Shown in pieces: positions 54,301 through 63,972 of a stretch of DNA of 64,000 nucleotides. This DNA is from a phage. The position numbers were made by a program, and so were the translations under genes. A model generated the notes under the pieces. The model saw nothing but the letters and a program-made list of their open reading frames with translations. It was not told the DNA's origin and did not search any database. Location of the stretch: sequence record PZ171032.1; one strand, written 5' to 3'. How positions within the stretch are numbered: the stretch's first letter is position 1; each line of letters begins with the position of its first letter.

Positions 54301-57028
54301 AGAAAACCTGCGTGTCTGTGAAGATTGCAGGGTTTACTCTCGCCTGTCTTGGAGGGTAACCTGTAGTTTGGTTAAACCACAAATTACAAGAGTAATCCCT
54401 CATATAGTCATAATCAGAGTATTTGTTTACATCTTCGTTCCAACACATGTTTAGGTTGGTACCGCCCATGCATACAATATATTCTGCGACATACTTATCA
54501 CTTCTGGTAGGAATACCTATGAACCATCTGTTAACAGGCTCATCCCAAGCTGTGCGCTCATCTTTAACGCAGATAGCAATCCAGTCATGTGTTCCTGTTT
54601 TCTTGCACACATCTCGCTTCATACCATAGTAGAACTCTTTAGTATTCGGCTCAGGTGCATTTATCAGGTAACTCCATGCCTGATTTGCATAAGTTCCATT
54701 GGTGCGTGGATCATGATCAAAGGCATACATGATGATCCTTTCCCCACCAAGATGTTCGCCAAGAGTAACTTTGACATTCACATCGCCGTAACCATTGCGA
54801 ACAACATCCATATTGTCAATAGAGATGCCTCTGGGAGTGTAGGCAATCTTCAGCGAGTTATCCTCACTAGTGCCACCAAGTGTAATCCCTATGTTGTTTG
54901 TTGTCCCGTCGGCATATCTTACTGTGGCTTCCCAGCGTATTCCGAAATATCCTGCATCATGGCTAACAATTTTCAGTGTACGAGCACCAGAGTTAGGTTT
55001 TCCAGGATCAGGCCAAGGATTTGGATGTTCATGGACAGTCAACGATGTCCCGTTTTGCTCGTTGACCTGCAACATTTTACCGCCTCTGCCGTTAGGGTTG
55101 AACTCCCACAAGGCTTGTGTTTTCACAATATTGTCATACGTGGTACGTCTCTGATCGTAGATCTCCTGAGTCACATCGTAGGTTACAGACCCGGCATCCA
55201 TTCTATGGAGTCGTACTATATACGATGTATCGCCTTCTACAGCAGGTTGAGCTGCGTTAAGCCCGAAGTATACAGTATCGTTGACATGGAACTGTTTGTT
55301 TCTACCGACAGTATGCCACTTGCCGTTGGACGGGTACGCTGGGACGATAGTGTTCCAGTTCAAAGTCCTTGTTGTGTGGGTTCTGCCTGTGCCATGTTTG
55401 TCATGATAGGTTATTTTTACAGAGTACAGTCCACGTCTGTTAACATTTCTGTTATATTGGGTAACAACAACTTCGTTGGCCCCGCCGTGGTTCCAGTTGG
55501 TGGAGAATTGGTAATTTGCATCTGTAACAACCGTGCCTGCAGCATTTACCAGTTCAATCTTGTCAATAATGAACGTAGCCCCCTCTGGCTGAGGCTTCAA
55601 TTTCATCTTGACCGTGTCACCAATGTAAATATTGCTAACGCTGCTAACACCGTTAACTTCGAAAATATAATCAACACCCCAACTGTCTACTGGGACATTT
55701 TTATACCAATTCTCAGGAACCTCTGTGAACCCCTGGCTATTAAGTCTGCCGCCAAACAGGTTGTTAGATCCTGCAAAACTTCCCCTTGGGATGCCTGACC
55801 ACCAAAGTTTACCATTAACAACAGTAAAGGTTCCTAAGAAACCTTCTCTGTGGATGCCTTGGAAATAAACACTCTCTGTCCAGCTAACTGGCAGGCGTTG
55901 CTCAACATATTTAGCTGTAGCAAGAGCTTGATAGTGGATAAAATTAGCCCTAGGGCTATTGTTTGCAGATTGTGCACCAATATCATTACACAAGTTGCGA
56001 GAGAATCCACGATACTGTTTAGTGCCATTATTGAAGAAAATGCCACTTGTGCCATATCCACGAGCCATTATCACCTCATGGGTGTAGGTGATATTTAAGG
56101 AACGCCATGTGTCATCTCCCCAGACGTCTTGCCCGTAGAATACGTTAACAAGCTGCTGGTCATTGGGTTTGTGCATCCTCTGTGTGGCAATTATTGCCCC
56201 GTTAGGGCCACACATAAACCCTTTCCACTCCTCATCTGCAGGAATGCCCCTCAAATCGTTACGAGTAATCTGCACAGGGGGCCAAACAAGGTCGTTTCTA
56301 CTGTTATTTCTCAGAAAGTCGTATCCAGCAATCCAGAAACCCCTAGGACCACCGAAAATAACAGAGTTGTCATGCACCTCACAGTTGATGCTTGGGTTTT
56401 TCCAAGGGCCTGTTTCAGGATTTTCCGATGTCTCACCAATCTTTACAGGGGTTGCATGCTGATTTTTATCTACATGCAAAGATCCGTAGGTGTTGTTACC
56501 AGATCCATACAGGTTAAGTATGCCAGTACCTTCTGCCTCTGCAATAACCCAGACAGTGTTGTTAATACCGCCCATCACCTCAATAAGGCGTTCTGGGTGG
56601 GTGTCAAGGTGCAATCCTTTAACAATCTGCTCTGGGAGTGGTGTCCACTCGTTTACGCAAACATCATTACCGCCTGCCGCAGTGGATCCGATAAGACCTG
56701 CAGTGCAGCCGATGTAGAAAAACTGGTTATCAAAAGTCCGGATCACAAACGCGCGGTCTGCTCTCCACACATGATCAACATTCCAGGCTGTTTCGCTCGG
56801 ATAGTTTATAGGGCTACGATCCCCAGTGCGGCACTCTCCGAACTTGTTATAGCCAGTAATATTAAGCTGACCATCATCAAAAAGTATAGCTAAGCTATTT
56901 ACATAGGATACTGTGTTGCTTGTACCATCACTGTTGTCTATTGGGTATGACAGAACAGCAAGTTCCTTAATTCCACCCCTCTTATCGAGGAAATGACGAC
57001 CAAGTTTTAGCAAAGGGATTGGAAGCAT
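51392..57028 (-). CDS. giant tail fibre / host-recognition protein (1878 aa) with Big_2 Ig-like domain
   Basis: size and position in tail-fibre module; Big_2-like segment WESSNTNIATVDATTGLVTFKATGNVTIKFVVTDDAGRKTSSTSFTV; GGAG RBS. Confidence 0.7.
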   Translation of the reverse strand: MLPIPLLKLGRHFLDKRGGIKELAVLSYPIDNSDGTSNTVSYVNSLAILFDDGQLNITGYNKFGECRTGDRSPINYPSETAWNVDHVWRADRAFVIRTFDNQFFYIGCTAGLIGSTAAGGNDVCVNEWTPLPEQIVKGLHLDTHPERLIEVMGGINNTVWVIAEAEGTGILNLYGSGNNTYGSLHVDKNQHATPVKIGETSENPETGPWKNPSINCEVHDNSVIFGGPRGFWIAGYDFLRNNSRNDLVWPPVQITRNDLRGIPADEEWKGFMCGPNGAIIATQRMHKPNDQQLVNVFYGQDVWGDDTWRSLNITYTHEVIMARGYGTSGIFFNNGTKQYRGFSRNLCNDIGAQSANNSPRANFIHYQALATAKYVEQRLPVSWTESVYFQGIHREGFLGTFTVVNGKLWWSGIPRGSFAGSNNLFGGRLNSQGFTEVPENWYKNVPVDSWGVDYIFEVNGVSSVSNIYIGDTVKMKLKPQPEGATFIIDKIELVNAAGTVVTDANYQFSTNWNHGGANEVVVTQYNRNVNRRGLYSVKITYHDKHGTGRTHTTRTLNWNTIVPAYPSNGKWHTVGRNKQFHVNDTVYFGLNAAQPAVEGDTSYIVRLHRMDAGSVTYDVTQEIYDQRRTTYDNIVKTQALWEFNPNGRGGKMLQVNEQNGTSLTVHEHPNPWPDPGKPNSGARTLKIVSHDAGYFGIRWEATVRYADGTTNNIGITLGGTSEDNSLKIAYTPRGISIDNMDVVRNGYGDVNVKVTLGEHLGGERIIMYAFDHDPRTNGTYANQAWSYLINAPEPNTKEFYYGMKRDVCKKTGTHDWIAICVKDERTAWDEPVNRWFIGIPTRSDKYVAEYIVCMGGTNLNMCWNEDVNKYSDYDYMRDYSCNLWFNQTTGYPPRQARVNPAIFTDTQVFLTKQANEVQTFKNKYDPNKWFYNCYGAFFWGPGELPGGGSCLNEATYASDYIMGQVKKYKIIPGPETLGNAVDPYIIMTALRSNMDGTSMSMQIPVTNGYKRVVMIIKCDLIGKQVLAENGTSTHPFEVALHYQFADSPFAGDKRISDTDAQRCKKVLLGAGWWWYEFDLTDKFTDTSRVVTGLRLDLGENMHKAVCDGTYGDPTIYLKYISFEHPEDVVYGPKLRLFGSWIAKDRVGMGKKVRGFLVDAGTEDMLVNAVWPELPGTQWNNSAKSINWFNIHRAMWTTNCYLWRELNDQAFGFSNGRRMAIICWTTLQRCYDHDYEIGGRAWKNIRDRIITNFADDNGGGAHNFGTSRLIHLNGSSAYKKEGYSGSMIEWGLVKDARVLMGQQLAAAIGPSAVQSVKPAWFDIPIWSSGTPGTAAINPTTGDLEISWEDLKQVGGWDKTGYQVQWWRADGSLAADEFVKDNFYTMSSAKAQQLFGQATPSTITMSMCCKDNRTGALGPRVAKVFSGIKWNLPVQSVSWKQIGDNKLLVTPACQFNATLNVDPAVAANSAKASDFSVSNTAMADVRKIDTLNARITCKNTYGTFQIINNFTDADSKVVRTASQTLSLGTLAYAALITEQSATLQGGGVGKSITTPVWKPNEWVVFDLTVDFSSDNNWTWVRNCLSQLMGGPSSVSDSHDSTDPSVFQVGKTHPETGETLPDRKYALVCISYGKADVTFSGTHTYNGTYNFSRKYSLKAGNIIDEVGALYNPGNGIGIVGGKLQMQEPSITPSNVSGIRKTWESSNTNIATVDATTGLVTFKATGNVTIKFVVTDDAGRKTSSTSFTVKQMAPQWRMWIGTATNGAYPNPAGTSGMKTFSTSKPMEYGSGPKVGQMVYFGAYIPEIIGLPRSQLQLLFGAGVDDLATFGYSDNIEAARSSGWVGFRMESGKEGRILGTASIGVMFPGDQQYRLEAYATFSR

Positions 57029-57040
57029 TGTGTTCTCCAG

Positions 57041-57070
57041 ATAAGAAAACCGCCCCGTCAGGAGCGGTTA
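57041..57070 (-). terminator. terminator-like hairpin (minus strand)
   Basis: minus strand CCGCTCC-TGAC-GGGGCGG followed by TTTTCTT. Confidence 0.45.
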
Positions 57071-57076
57071 GATATA

Positions 57077-58822
57077 TTAACGTTGTGCAATTACTACGTC
57101 TACAATATCACCAACACCACAATATGTTAATTGCAGCAGGGTAACACTGTTAGCCTTGTTGTTAATAACAGGTGTTGCCGACAGGATAGCATACTTATCG
57201 TGCAAAGTCACGTTGTGACCTACAGCATCCTGAATGACATAGATAACTGCAGTGAATGGATAAGGTTTATCTTCCGCTGATGTCCCAGGCCACTGCCCTA
57301 TTGTAAAATCCCCTTTAGCGTGGACAACATACATACTGGCCTGCCCGTTAGGTGTCCATGTCCCACTAGATGCGTCAACCTCCTCTAAGTCAAAGTCTAC
57401 TTTTCCTGCATGGAAAGAAGGGGCGGTGATAGTTTTACCTGCCTCGATCTCTTGTGAGGTGGTTATCTTGCCACTAGAGTTGATACCATTACAGACAAAG
57501 TTAACATTAGAGAAATCTGGCAACCACCCTGTCACTGTGCCAGAAATCTCAAGGTTATGCAGGCGTGTTGTTCCTGTGCCGTTGTCATTTAAGCTAACAT
57601 CACCATTTACCTGCAAGTTTCTGGTAACGTTGCAGTTTTCAGAGTTTGCAGTTGTTGCAGTTAAAGTGGTTGTTGTCAGCTCGGTAATTATGCCTTTGTT
57701 GGCTGTAAGACCTTCCCCTTCAAAAGTTGCACGCTCATTGACTCTCAGGGTATTCAGAGCTATGTTTTGGATAGAGGCTGTACCTCGAATAACTACAGAC
57801 CCGCCAACCTCTAAATCGCCATTTACCAATGCATCGCCCGTGCTTTCAATGTAGCTAGGGTAGATCATGGTGCCATCGACAGAGTAGGTTATCCCTGTAA
57901 CGGTGCCTGTCACCTCAAGGTTCTTAACCCTAGCGGTCCCATCGACCTGCAATGTCGGTTCGGTTGCTGCCTTCATGGCATTGCCACGAATGTACACGTA
58001 GTCAAAAAAGTTATTACCCAGACCATCAAAATGCACATCGTTATTATTAGCCACTGGTTTCCCAGAAGTTATAGTGTCAGCTATAATCCTGTGGGTGGAC
58101 ACTTCATGAGGTTGCAGCTCTGTGCTTCTCCAGTCTGCATGCTTAGGATCGCTCCACGCAAAAGTAAGTGTAGAAGTATTTGCCGTGAGGATCAGGTTCC
58201 TGAAGCGTGCATTGGAATCTGCTCCATTAACAGGCCCATGTAAGGTAAGTGTGCCCCCAACTATGGTGTTGGCAAGTTCTGTAAGACCTTTTACCACCAA
58301 AGACCCTACAGTAACTTTCATCCCCTCCATGGCTTTAAATATACTATCTACATAGTCAACAACAAACTCTGTGTTTGCTATAGACTCAGACTTATCGTCC
58401 ATTGGAGGAGTAGGTACTCGCGGGTCACCTTCGAACCTTGGGCTGTTAAGTTTTGCGTAGTATTTTGCCATTACTGCAGAGTCGGTGTATAATCTCCAGT
58501 TTGGAGATTGTGAAGGATCTGCTGGCATTCTAACCGGGTTAGATTTTGATGCTGCGGGAGCGTACCACCACTGAGGGCCTGTGTCCCCTTTAAACTCATA
58601 CAACTGGTTAAAAACTGTTGTGGATGCACCATACGCCCAAGGGATTGGTGGCGTTTTAAAATAAAGGGTGTCAAGCATGGCTTTTCGTACCGTAGGGATA
58701 GTGGTCCCATCCTCTACGACAACTTCATCCACAGCGTTACCGTTGACAATCAAGTGCAAACGTTCAGAATCAACAATTACTTGATCTACCGCCTGCTCGA
58801 AGCTTGTCATGTCTTGCGCCAT
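57077..58822 (-). CDS. tail fibre / tailspike protein (581 aa, repetitive beta-rich central region)
   Basis: repeated G-T-x-T-G / N-L-E-(I/V)-(S/T)-G-T-V-T-G segments typical of beta-helical or fibrous tail proteins; location. Confidence 0.6.
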   Translation of the reverse strand: MAQDMTSFEQAVDQVIVDSERLHLIVNGNAVDEVVVEDGTTIPTVRKAMLDTLYFKTPPIPWAYGASTTVFNQLYEFKGDTGPQWWYAPAASKSNPVRMPADPSQSPNWRLYTDSAVMAKYYAKLNSPRFEGDPRVPTPPMDDKSESIANTEFVVDYVDSIFKAMEGMKVTVGSLVVKGLTELANTIVGGTLTLHGPVNGADSNARFRNLILTANTSTLTFAWSDPKHADWRSTELQPHEVSTHRIIADTITSGKPVANNNDVHFDGLGNNFFDYVYIRGNAMKAATEPTLQVDGTARVKNLEVTGTVTGITYSVDGTMIYPSYIESTGDALVNGDLEVGGSVVIRGTASIQNIALNTLRVNERATFEGEGLTANKGIITELTTTTLTATTANSENCNVTRNLQVNGDVSLNDNGTGTTRLHNLEISGTVTGWLPDFSNVNFVCNGINSSGKITTSQEIEAGKTITAPSFHAGKVDFDLEEVDASSGTWTPNGQASMYVVHAKGDFTIGQWPGTSAEDKPYPFTAVIYVIQDAVGHNVTLHDKYAILSATPVINNKANSVTLLQLTYCGVGDIVDVVIAQR

Positions 58823-58831
58823 GATTTCTCC

Positions 58832-59098
58832 TTAAGCTTTTTGCTCTTCGTTTTTAACGTGGTCAGGGTGCTGGCAACCCCACCGGAGCGAGATGAATTT
58901 GCTAATAAGCTGGGGGCAGGCTACTGAAGGTGCATATATCCACGCATACCATTCAGGAAGCGTATCATTATACCCCATATGAATAAACACCCCAGTCATC
59001 ACCGCCATGCCTATGTTCGACCATAGCTTAGATTGGGATACTTTCGTAGGGTCATCAGATGCCGCAACCAGTCCCCATAAAAACTGAGTTAGTTTCAT
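58832..59098 (-). CDS. small membrane protein (two predicted TM segments; holin-like or fibre-associated)
   Basis: hydrophobic stretches FLWGLVAA / IGMAVMTGVFIHMG and charged C-terminus. Confidence 0.5.
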   Translation of the reverse strand: MKLTQFLWGLVAASDDPTKVSQSKLWSNIGMAVMTGVFIHMGYNDTLPEWYAWIYAPSVACPQLISKFISLRWGCQHPDHVKNEEQKA

Positions 59099-59109
59099 TT
59101 ACCCTCTTT

Positions 59110-60156
59110 TTAAGCATAAGATATAGTGATCCATTGACCGTTTACAAGTTTTTGGATAGCACCTGTCCAGTAATCACCTTGATAAGGGTGTTTATAAGCG
59201 TAGTTACCAGAGCACATCACATGTCCAGGGTAGACTCTTGACTCTCTGTAGGTGGTTTTGAAACGGTTCGCTATCCTTACATCGTCAACCCCTCTACTGG
59301 GCATAGGGACAGTAAGGTTACCACTACCGTCTGCGCTGTTACCGTTTACCCTGCGGACCACGTTTCTTCCACCAACGGTTGCATATTGGCCTCTAACGGT
59401 TTCATCGTTACAATCAACTCTTCCACCTATTTGAGCGCTTCCGCAGGATTGTTGTCCGTTAACAGTGGCTCTTGGTATCGTGACCGCATTGGCATTTGCA
59501 GAGGAACTTTTTGCATCGTTGCATTCAAGATTTCCTTGGATAGCCAGTCTTGCACGGTTGGCAGTTATAGCATTGAGCTTCATAGCCGAAAACACAGTCT
59601 GCCCACCAGAAGGTTGAAATCTCCAACGGAACCCGTCTATTTGGTGAGAAGGATCATCAAGGTCTGTGCCGTCAGCACCACCGATGTTGTCCATAATCCA
59701 GAAGTCCATCGTCGTCTTGTCTGGAGTTATGGTGGTATATATTGCCGCATTGTCTGTTGACGCAGATGCAAACTCGATTCTTTGAAGGCCTAAAGTTTGA
59801 GTCTGAGTCATTATGTCTCCAGACTTGTCAACATACAGATCGTCCATTTCTTCAGGCGAGTATACATTGAGAACTTGACGTGCAGCAGCTTTGTCTGGAA
59901 CGTCTGCTAGATTATTAGTGACCCTTAAGAATCTATTATCCCATCCTGGGACAACATCTTCTGTTAAATGCTTTAACCACGCAGAAAGCATGTGAAGTTC
60001 AAAGTTAACAACTTCACATGCCACTCTTTGTGTCATATCCCAACCTTTCAATCTCTCTTCTTTTTTTGGTTGAGACTTATTCAACTCTCCCGTATTTTCA
60101 AGCACAACATCCTGATTGGCCCAAATATCAAGAGGGATAACTGGTTTAGTCATCAC
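59110..60156 (-). CDS. tail fibre protein, paralogue 1 (348 aa)
   Basis: collinear similarity with 61168-62208 (shared N-terminus P(L)(D/E)IWA, shared C-terminus QKLVNGQWIT(I/V)(S/N)YA). Confidence 0.65.
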   Translation of the reverse strand: MMTKPVIPLDIWANQDVVLENTGELNKSQPKKEERLKGWDMTQRVACEVVNFELHMLSAWLKHLTEDVVPGWDNRFLRVTNNLADVPDKAAARQVLNVYSPEEMDDLYVDKSGDIMTQTQTLGLQRIEFASASTDNAAIYTTITPDKTTMDFWIMDNIGGADGTDLDDPSHQIDGFRWRFQPSGGQTVFSAMKLNAITANRARLAIQGNLECNDAKSSSANANAVTIPRATVNGQQSCGSAQIGGRVDCNDETVRGQYATVGGRNVVRRVNGNSADGSGNLTVPMPSRGVDDVRIANRFKTTYRESRVYPGHVMCSGNYAYKHPYQGDYWTGAIQKLVNGQWITISYA

Positions 60157-60242
60157 GTTCTCCTGAGAAAATTCCTTAGGACTATTTTAACACTTTAGGG
60201 AACAAAATGCAAGAACGGAGTCCTTTCCGTTCTGACCTTTGT

Positions 60243-60557
60243 TTACCTTTTACTATGCTCTACGAGCATGTGCAAAATCTTTTGTACATCGGCTCTGATG
60301 CCGGAGACATCTGTCCTGACATCCTGCTTAAGGTCGTTAATATCGGCCTCTAGCTTGCTTAACCGGGTCTCTATAACGGAATCAAGTTTATCTTTTGTAA
60401 CCATACTGTTTTTCACTAAGATGAGGTCTTTCTCCAGCTCATCCAACCTCTTGGAAATGCCTTTCCATTTGGTGTGCCACTGGTTGAAAGCCCATACACA
60501 GATCGGGACAACGGTACCCATGCAGATACCGTACAATGCCGCCAAATCCAACTCCAC
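60243..60557 (-). CDS. membrane-anchored protein with charged helical ectodomain
   Basis: single N-terminal TM (LYGICMGTVVPICVWAF) followed by charged heptad-like sequence. Confidence 0.5.
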   Translation of the reverse strand: MELDLAALYGICMGTVVPICVWAFNQWHTKWKGISKRLDELEKDLILVKNSMVTKDKLDSVIETRLSKLEADINDLKQDVRTDVSGIRADVQKILHMLVEHSKR

Positions 60558-60568
60558 AACACCTCCTC

Positions 60569-61153
60569 TTAGAGGGTAGGTCGCTCCGGGAAGAAAATGT
60601 CAGGGGCTTTAGATGTATCTATTTCAAGAAGTTTTACCCTGTACATTTTCAAATCTCTGATGTTACGTTTCTGGTCATCAGTAAGATCATATTCAAGGTC
60701 AATCATGTCTTGATAGGCACCAATTCTAGCAGTAGCCCAAGCAAGTTCTGTCTCTATGACACCCTCTGCCTGTTGAACAAAGAATTCATTATCTGTGACA
60801 AATTCATCACCAACTAAACGCAAAGCGTCGTGGTGAAGCATAATGTTTTCTGGTACCTCTTCTTTTTTGGCGATAACCACACGAAGACCTGGAGCAGGCC
60901 ATAAGGCATCAGGTTCTTCTGTAGATGTCTTAAGAATTCCCTTCTCGTCAACAAGTAGGAAGATACAACCCGGATTTTCTTGTCGCAATGTTCGTGACTG
61001 CACATACCAATCGCCATCATCATTACGTAAAAAATACCCAGTGTATGCGGTGTAATCCTCAACCTCTTGAGGGGTCAGCTCCTTGGTTTCCTTGTTGGCG
61101 TGGTATTCGCCAGATCCCGGTTGGTAAAGTTTAAACTCTTTAAGTATTTTCAT
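60569..61153 (-). CDS. tail fibre assembly chaperone (Tfa-like)
   Basis: C-terminal signature ...LKMYRVKLLEIDTSKAPDIFFPERP matches the conserved Tfa motif (W/K-x-YR-x-x-L-x-x-VDTS-x-APDI-x-WP); immediately downstream of a tail fibre gene. Confidence 0.75.
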   Translation of the reverse strand: MKILKEFKLYQPGSGEYHANKETKELTPQEVEDYTAYTGYFLRNDDGDWYVQSRTLRQENPGCIFLLVDEKGILKTSTEEPDALWPAPGLRVVIAKKEEVPENIMLHHDALRLVGDEFVTDNEFFVQQAEGVIETELAWATARIGAYQDMIDLEYDLTDDQKRNIRDLKMYRVKLLEIDTSKAPDIFFPERPTL

Positions 61154-61167
61154 GCTAGTCCTCCGAT

Positions 61168-62208
61168 CTATGCATAATTAACAGTGATCCATTGACCATT
61201 TACAAGTTTTTGTAAAGGTCCTGCCCAGTAAGTTGAACCACGCATCTCTTTTTTGTCACCGAAATGCCAGCCTGTGACAACGTAGCCGTTGCGGATTGGA
61301 GATTCAGAAACGCCGTCCACAAGTCTTGCACCGATTCTGATGTCTTGCACACCCGTCTGCGGGATAGTGATCGTTACATCACCGTTACCGTTAGCCGTCA
61401 CTCCGTTCACAGAGCGAACCACATTTCTGTTACCTACAACACAGTGCTGGCTTCTTACAACCATACTGTCACAACTTGCACCACCATTAACATATACTGA
61501 CCCAGCCGTCAACTGACTAGCCACATTACAGTTGGTGAATGTTGCGGTATTGCTGATAGTAAGGTTATTGCACCTCATGTTATCGACAACTTCAACATTG
61601 CCTACCACTTTCAACAGCGCACGGTTAGCCGTGATCGCGTTAAGGTACATCAAAGTGAACTCTGGATTAATATCCGGCTGAGTTGGCTGGAATCTCCAAC
61701 GAAACGCATCTATTGTAGATGTGCCACCATCATCAAACGACCCAAAATTATCACTTAACCCAAAGTCGAGAGTTGTCTTATCTGGGCCAATAGTTGTCTC
61801 TATCCAAGCCTTATCTGTCTCGGCAGCTTTAAAGTTGATACGTTGCAAACCCAATGGGCCTGTCATTGTATCACCTGTAACTTTTACATACCTAGCGTCT
61901 GCCTCTTCCTTAGTAATAATCCCAAGGTTTCTACGGGCAACAGGAATGTTCAAAAGATCACTCAAGTTATTATCACGTACCAGATAACGGCCTTCTTGAG
62001 CGGGGATCTGCTCGTCAGCAATGTATTTTGCCCAAGTCCCGAGCATATTGAAAATATAGTTAAGCTCTTCGCATGAGGGCTTTTGACCAAGATCCCAACC
62101 TTTTCTCCACAAATCATCAATCGGGCGTAGCCTGTTCTGTCTGTGGGTGTTAGGCAGAACCTGATCCTCCTCTGCCCAAATCTCTAATGGAAAACTAGGT
62201 TTTGACAT
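61168..62208 (-). CDS. tail fibre protein, paralogue 2 (346 aa)
   Basis: paralogue of 59110-60156; followed by Tfa-like chaperone. Confidence 0.65.
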   Translation of the reverse strand: MSKPSFPLEIWAEEDQVLPNTHRQNRLRPIDDLWRKGWDLGQKPSCEELNYIFNMLGTWAKYIADEQIPAQEGRYLVRDNNLSDLLNIPVARRNLGIITKEEADARYVKVTGDTMTGPLGLQRINFKAAETDKAWIETTIGPDKTTLDFGLSDNFGSFDDGGTSTIDAFRWRFQPTQPDINPEFTLMYLNAITANRALLKVVGNVEVVDNMRCNNLTISNTATFTNCNVASQLTAGSVYVNGGASCDSMVVRSQHCVVGNRNVVRSVNGVTANGNGDVTITIPQTGVQDIRIGARLVDGVSESPIRNGYVVTGWHFGDKKEMRGSTYWAGPLQKLVNGQWITVNYA

Positions 62209-62220
62209 TTTATCTCCTGA

Positions 62221-63972
62221 TTATGAGAAGTCTGGCGGGACAACATCTTCTACATACCCTTTCAGAGCAACCTGCCCCATATGAAGCACGGTAGAATCTC
62301 TAGCGGTAACAGTGATGCTGTCAGACATTACTTGCGGGTATGCCCACACATACTGTTTTACCTCAGGGTATCTATACTCTATAGTTGCCATGTTTCCGCA
62401 AATACATCTCCATAAAAATTCTTGGTAATTCCTAGTTGGGTCGTAGCCATATACCGGAGCAAGCTCTTTACTAGGAACGAACCCTGCAAGGTATTGTATT
62501 TCAGACGGTTGCCAACCTAACTTAACGATAGGTATGTTTACAGACTCTTTTGCCTTTTCAATACCTCCCTGCATCACCCAATCGTAGCACTCAGTGCAGA
62601 AGAAATCAAGAGCACCTGCTTCCTTTTTATATTGGTCAGCAAGGTTCAGCTTTTGCGTAAGCTCGGTTTCCATAATGGTTGGGAAAAACAGCAAAGCTGT
62701 CATCTGAGCTGATGCAGCGTGTGCTTTTATTGCCTTTGAAATAGCCGCAATACGAGCGCCAAGCTTACCACGACAAAATGCTACATACTTGTCGTAAACA
62801 CCGCCAGTTTTAGGATCGTCAATAGTCCCAATATCTAATGCATACTCGCCTGTCTCATCATAAAACGCCTGTTTTGTAGGGTAATCATAAATACAAGGTC
62901 TACGAGTATCGGTATTGTACCACCACCACGGTTCACCAACCTGCATAATCACTGGCAGGTTGTTTCTCATAGCGGCTGATGCAAAATTCTTAAATACTGC
63001 AGTAAGGAAATTCATACCCTCTTCAATGGTTGGAGACAGGAGGTAGCTACAAGGTGTATACCCTGTTTTAGCGTAGTTATCGTTCCAGTCTCTTTGGGTC
63101 CATTCCAACGGGCAGGCGTCGCTGAAAAGCTCAAAACTTACAGATTGCATAACGTCGAAGTTATGTCGTTTGGCATTGTACATAAAATCATCATGCCATT
63201 TATAAGCTGCAGCGTTTAGCGCTCCTGTTCTGTTTATAGACCATTGGGTTCCTGACCATGTGTAGTCATAATAATGACTCATACCAACATAATGGTTTAT
63301 GGTTCCGGTATAGCCCAGACGCTTGATATTGTTCAACACCCTTAAAGGAGACACGTTCCACATATCGTCATATGCGGTGCAGATCCCAACATCGTGCTCT
63401 TTAACCTGAATATTGTTAAGTTGCATCATTTTCCAGCCTGTGTCTGGCTGGAGCAGATCTAGGCGCAACTCACACTCTACATTTTCCGTTCTCGGGTCTG
63501 TGCTATTACTTACCCAGTCTTTAGGCATGAGCGGTATTAAAATCCTTCTCACCTGCCGAGGATCAACACCCATCATGTTGTTGTTCTGGTCCATCCCGAC
63601 GCAGTCCTCAAAATCAATATGAATTTCTGCAACATTCTTATCCTCTGAGATGCTGACAGCATATTGAGCTAAAGGAACATAGATGATTGTGCCATCAACA
63701 AGGTCTACAGTCATAATCATCTTTTCAGGAGTGGAGAAGTTGCTGGCGTTGGTTATTGACATTCTGAACCAAAGCTTGGTGTTTCTCATCTCATAGTGAT
63801 CATCAAACCCAATACCGAAATGGTCATACTTGTCAACTGTTTCCCAAATGCACCCAGCCATACCCCCATATGTTCTTGACACTAAACGGTTAATACAACA
63901 GTTGTTATCTGCAACAATACAGGTACTTTCAGTCTGCTGAGTAGTTGTAACCCAATACCTTGGGTGAAACAT
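62221..63972 (-). CDS. hypothetical structural protein (583 aa; possible tail/baseplate component)
   Basis: large ORF at upstream end of tail-fibre module with GAGGAG RBS; no catalytic motif recognised. Confidence 0.5.
   Translation of the reverse strand: MFHPRYWVTTTQQTESTCIVADNNCCINRLVSRTYGGMAGCIWETVDKYDHFGIGFDDHYEMRNTKLWFRMSITNASNFSTPEKMIMTVDLVDGTIIYVPLAQYAVSISEDKNVAEIHIDFEDCVGMDQNNNMMGVDPRQVRRILIPLMPKDWVSNSTDPRTENVECELRLDLLQPDTGWKMMQLNNIQVKEHDVGICTAYDDMWNVSPLRVLNNIKRLGYTGTINHYVGMSHYYDYTWSGTQWSINRTGALNAAAYKWHDDFMYNAKRHNFDVMQSVSFELFSDACPLEWTQRDWNDNYAKTGYTPCSYLLSPTIEEGMNFLTAVFKNFASAAMRNNLPVIMQVGEPWWWYNTDTRRPCIYDYPTKQAFYDETGEYALDIGTIDDPKTGGVYDKYVAFCRGKLGARIAAISKAIKAHAASAQMTALLFFPTIMETELTQKLNLADQYKKEAGALDFFCTECYDWVMQGGIEKAKESVNIPIVKLGWQPSEIQYLAGFVPSKELAPVYGYDPTRNYQEFLWRCICGNMATIEYRYPEVKQYVWAYPQVMSDSITVTARDSTVLHMGQVALKGYVEDVVPPDFS

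Noticed and set aside
54587-55798. Long plus-strand ORF (403 aa) and other antisense ORFs inside the tail-fibre genes
   Set aside because: Entirely embedded opposite the 1878-aa gene, Cys/Ile/Val-skewed composition, no RBS; shadow ORFs of a long coding region. The same applies to 30497-31084, 56129-56893, 45890-46378 and similar.
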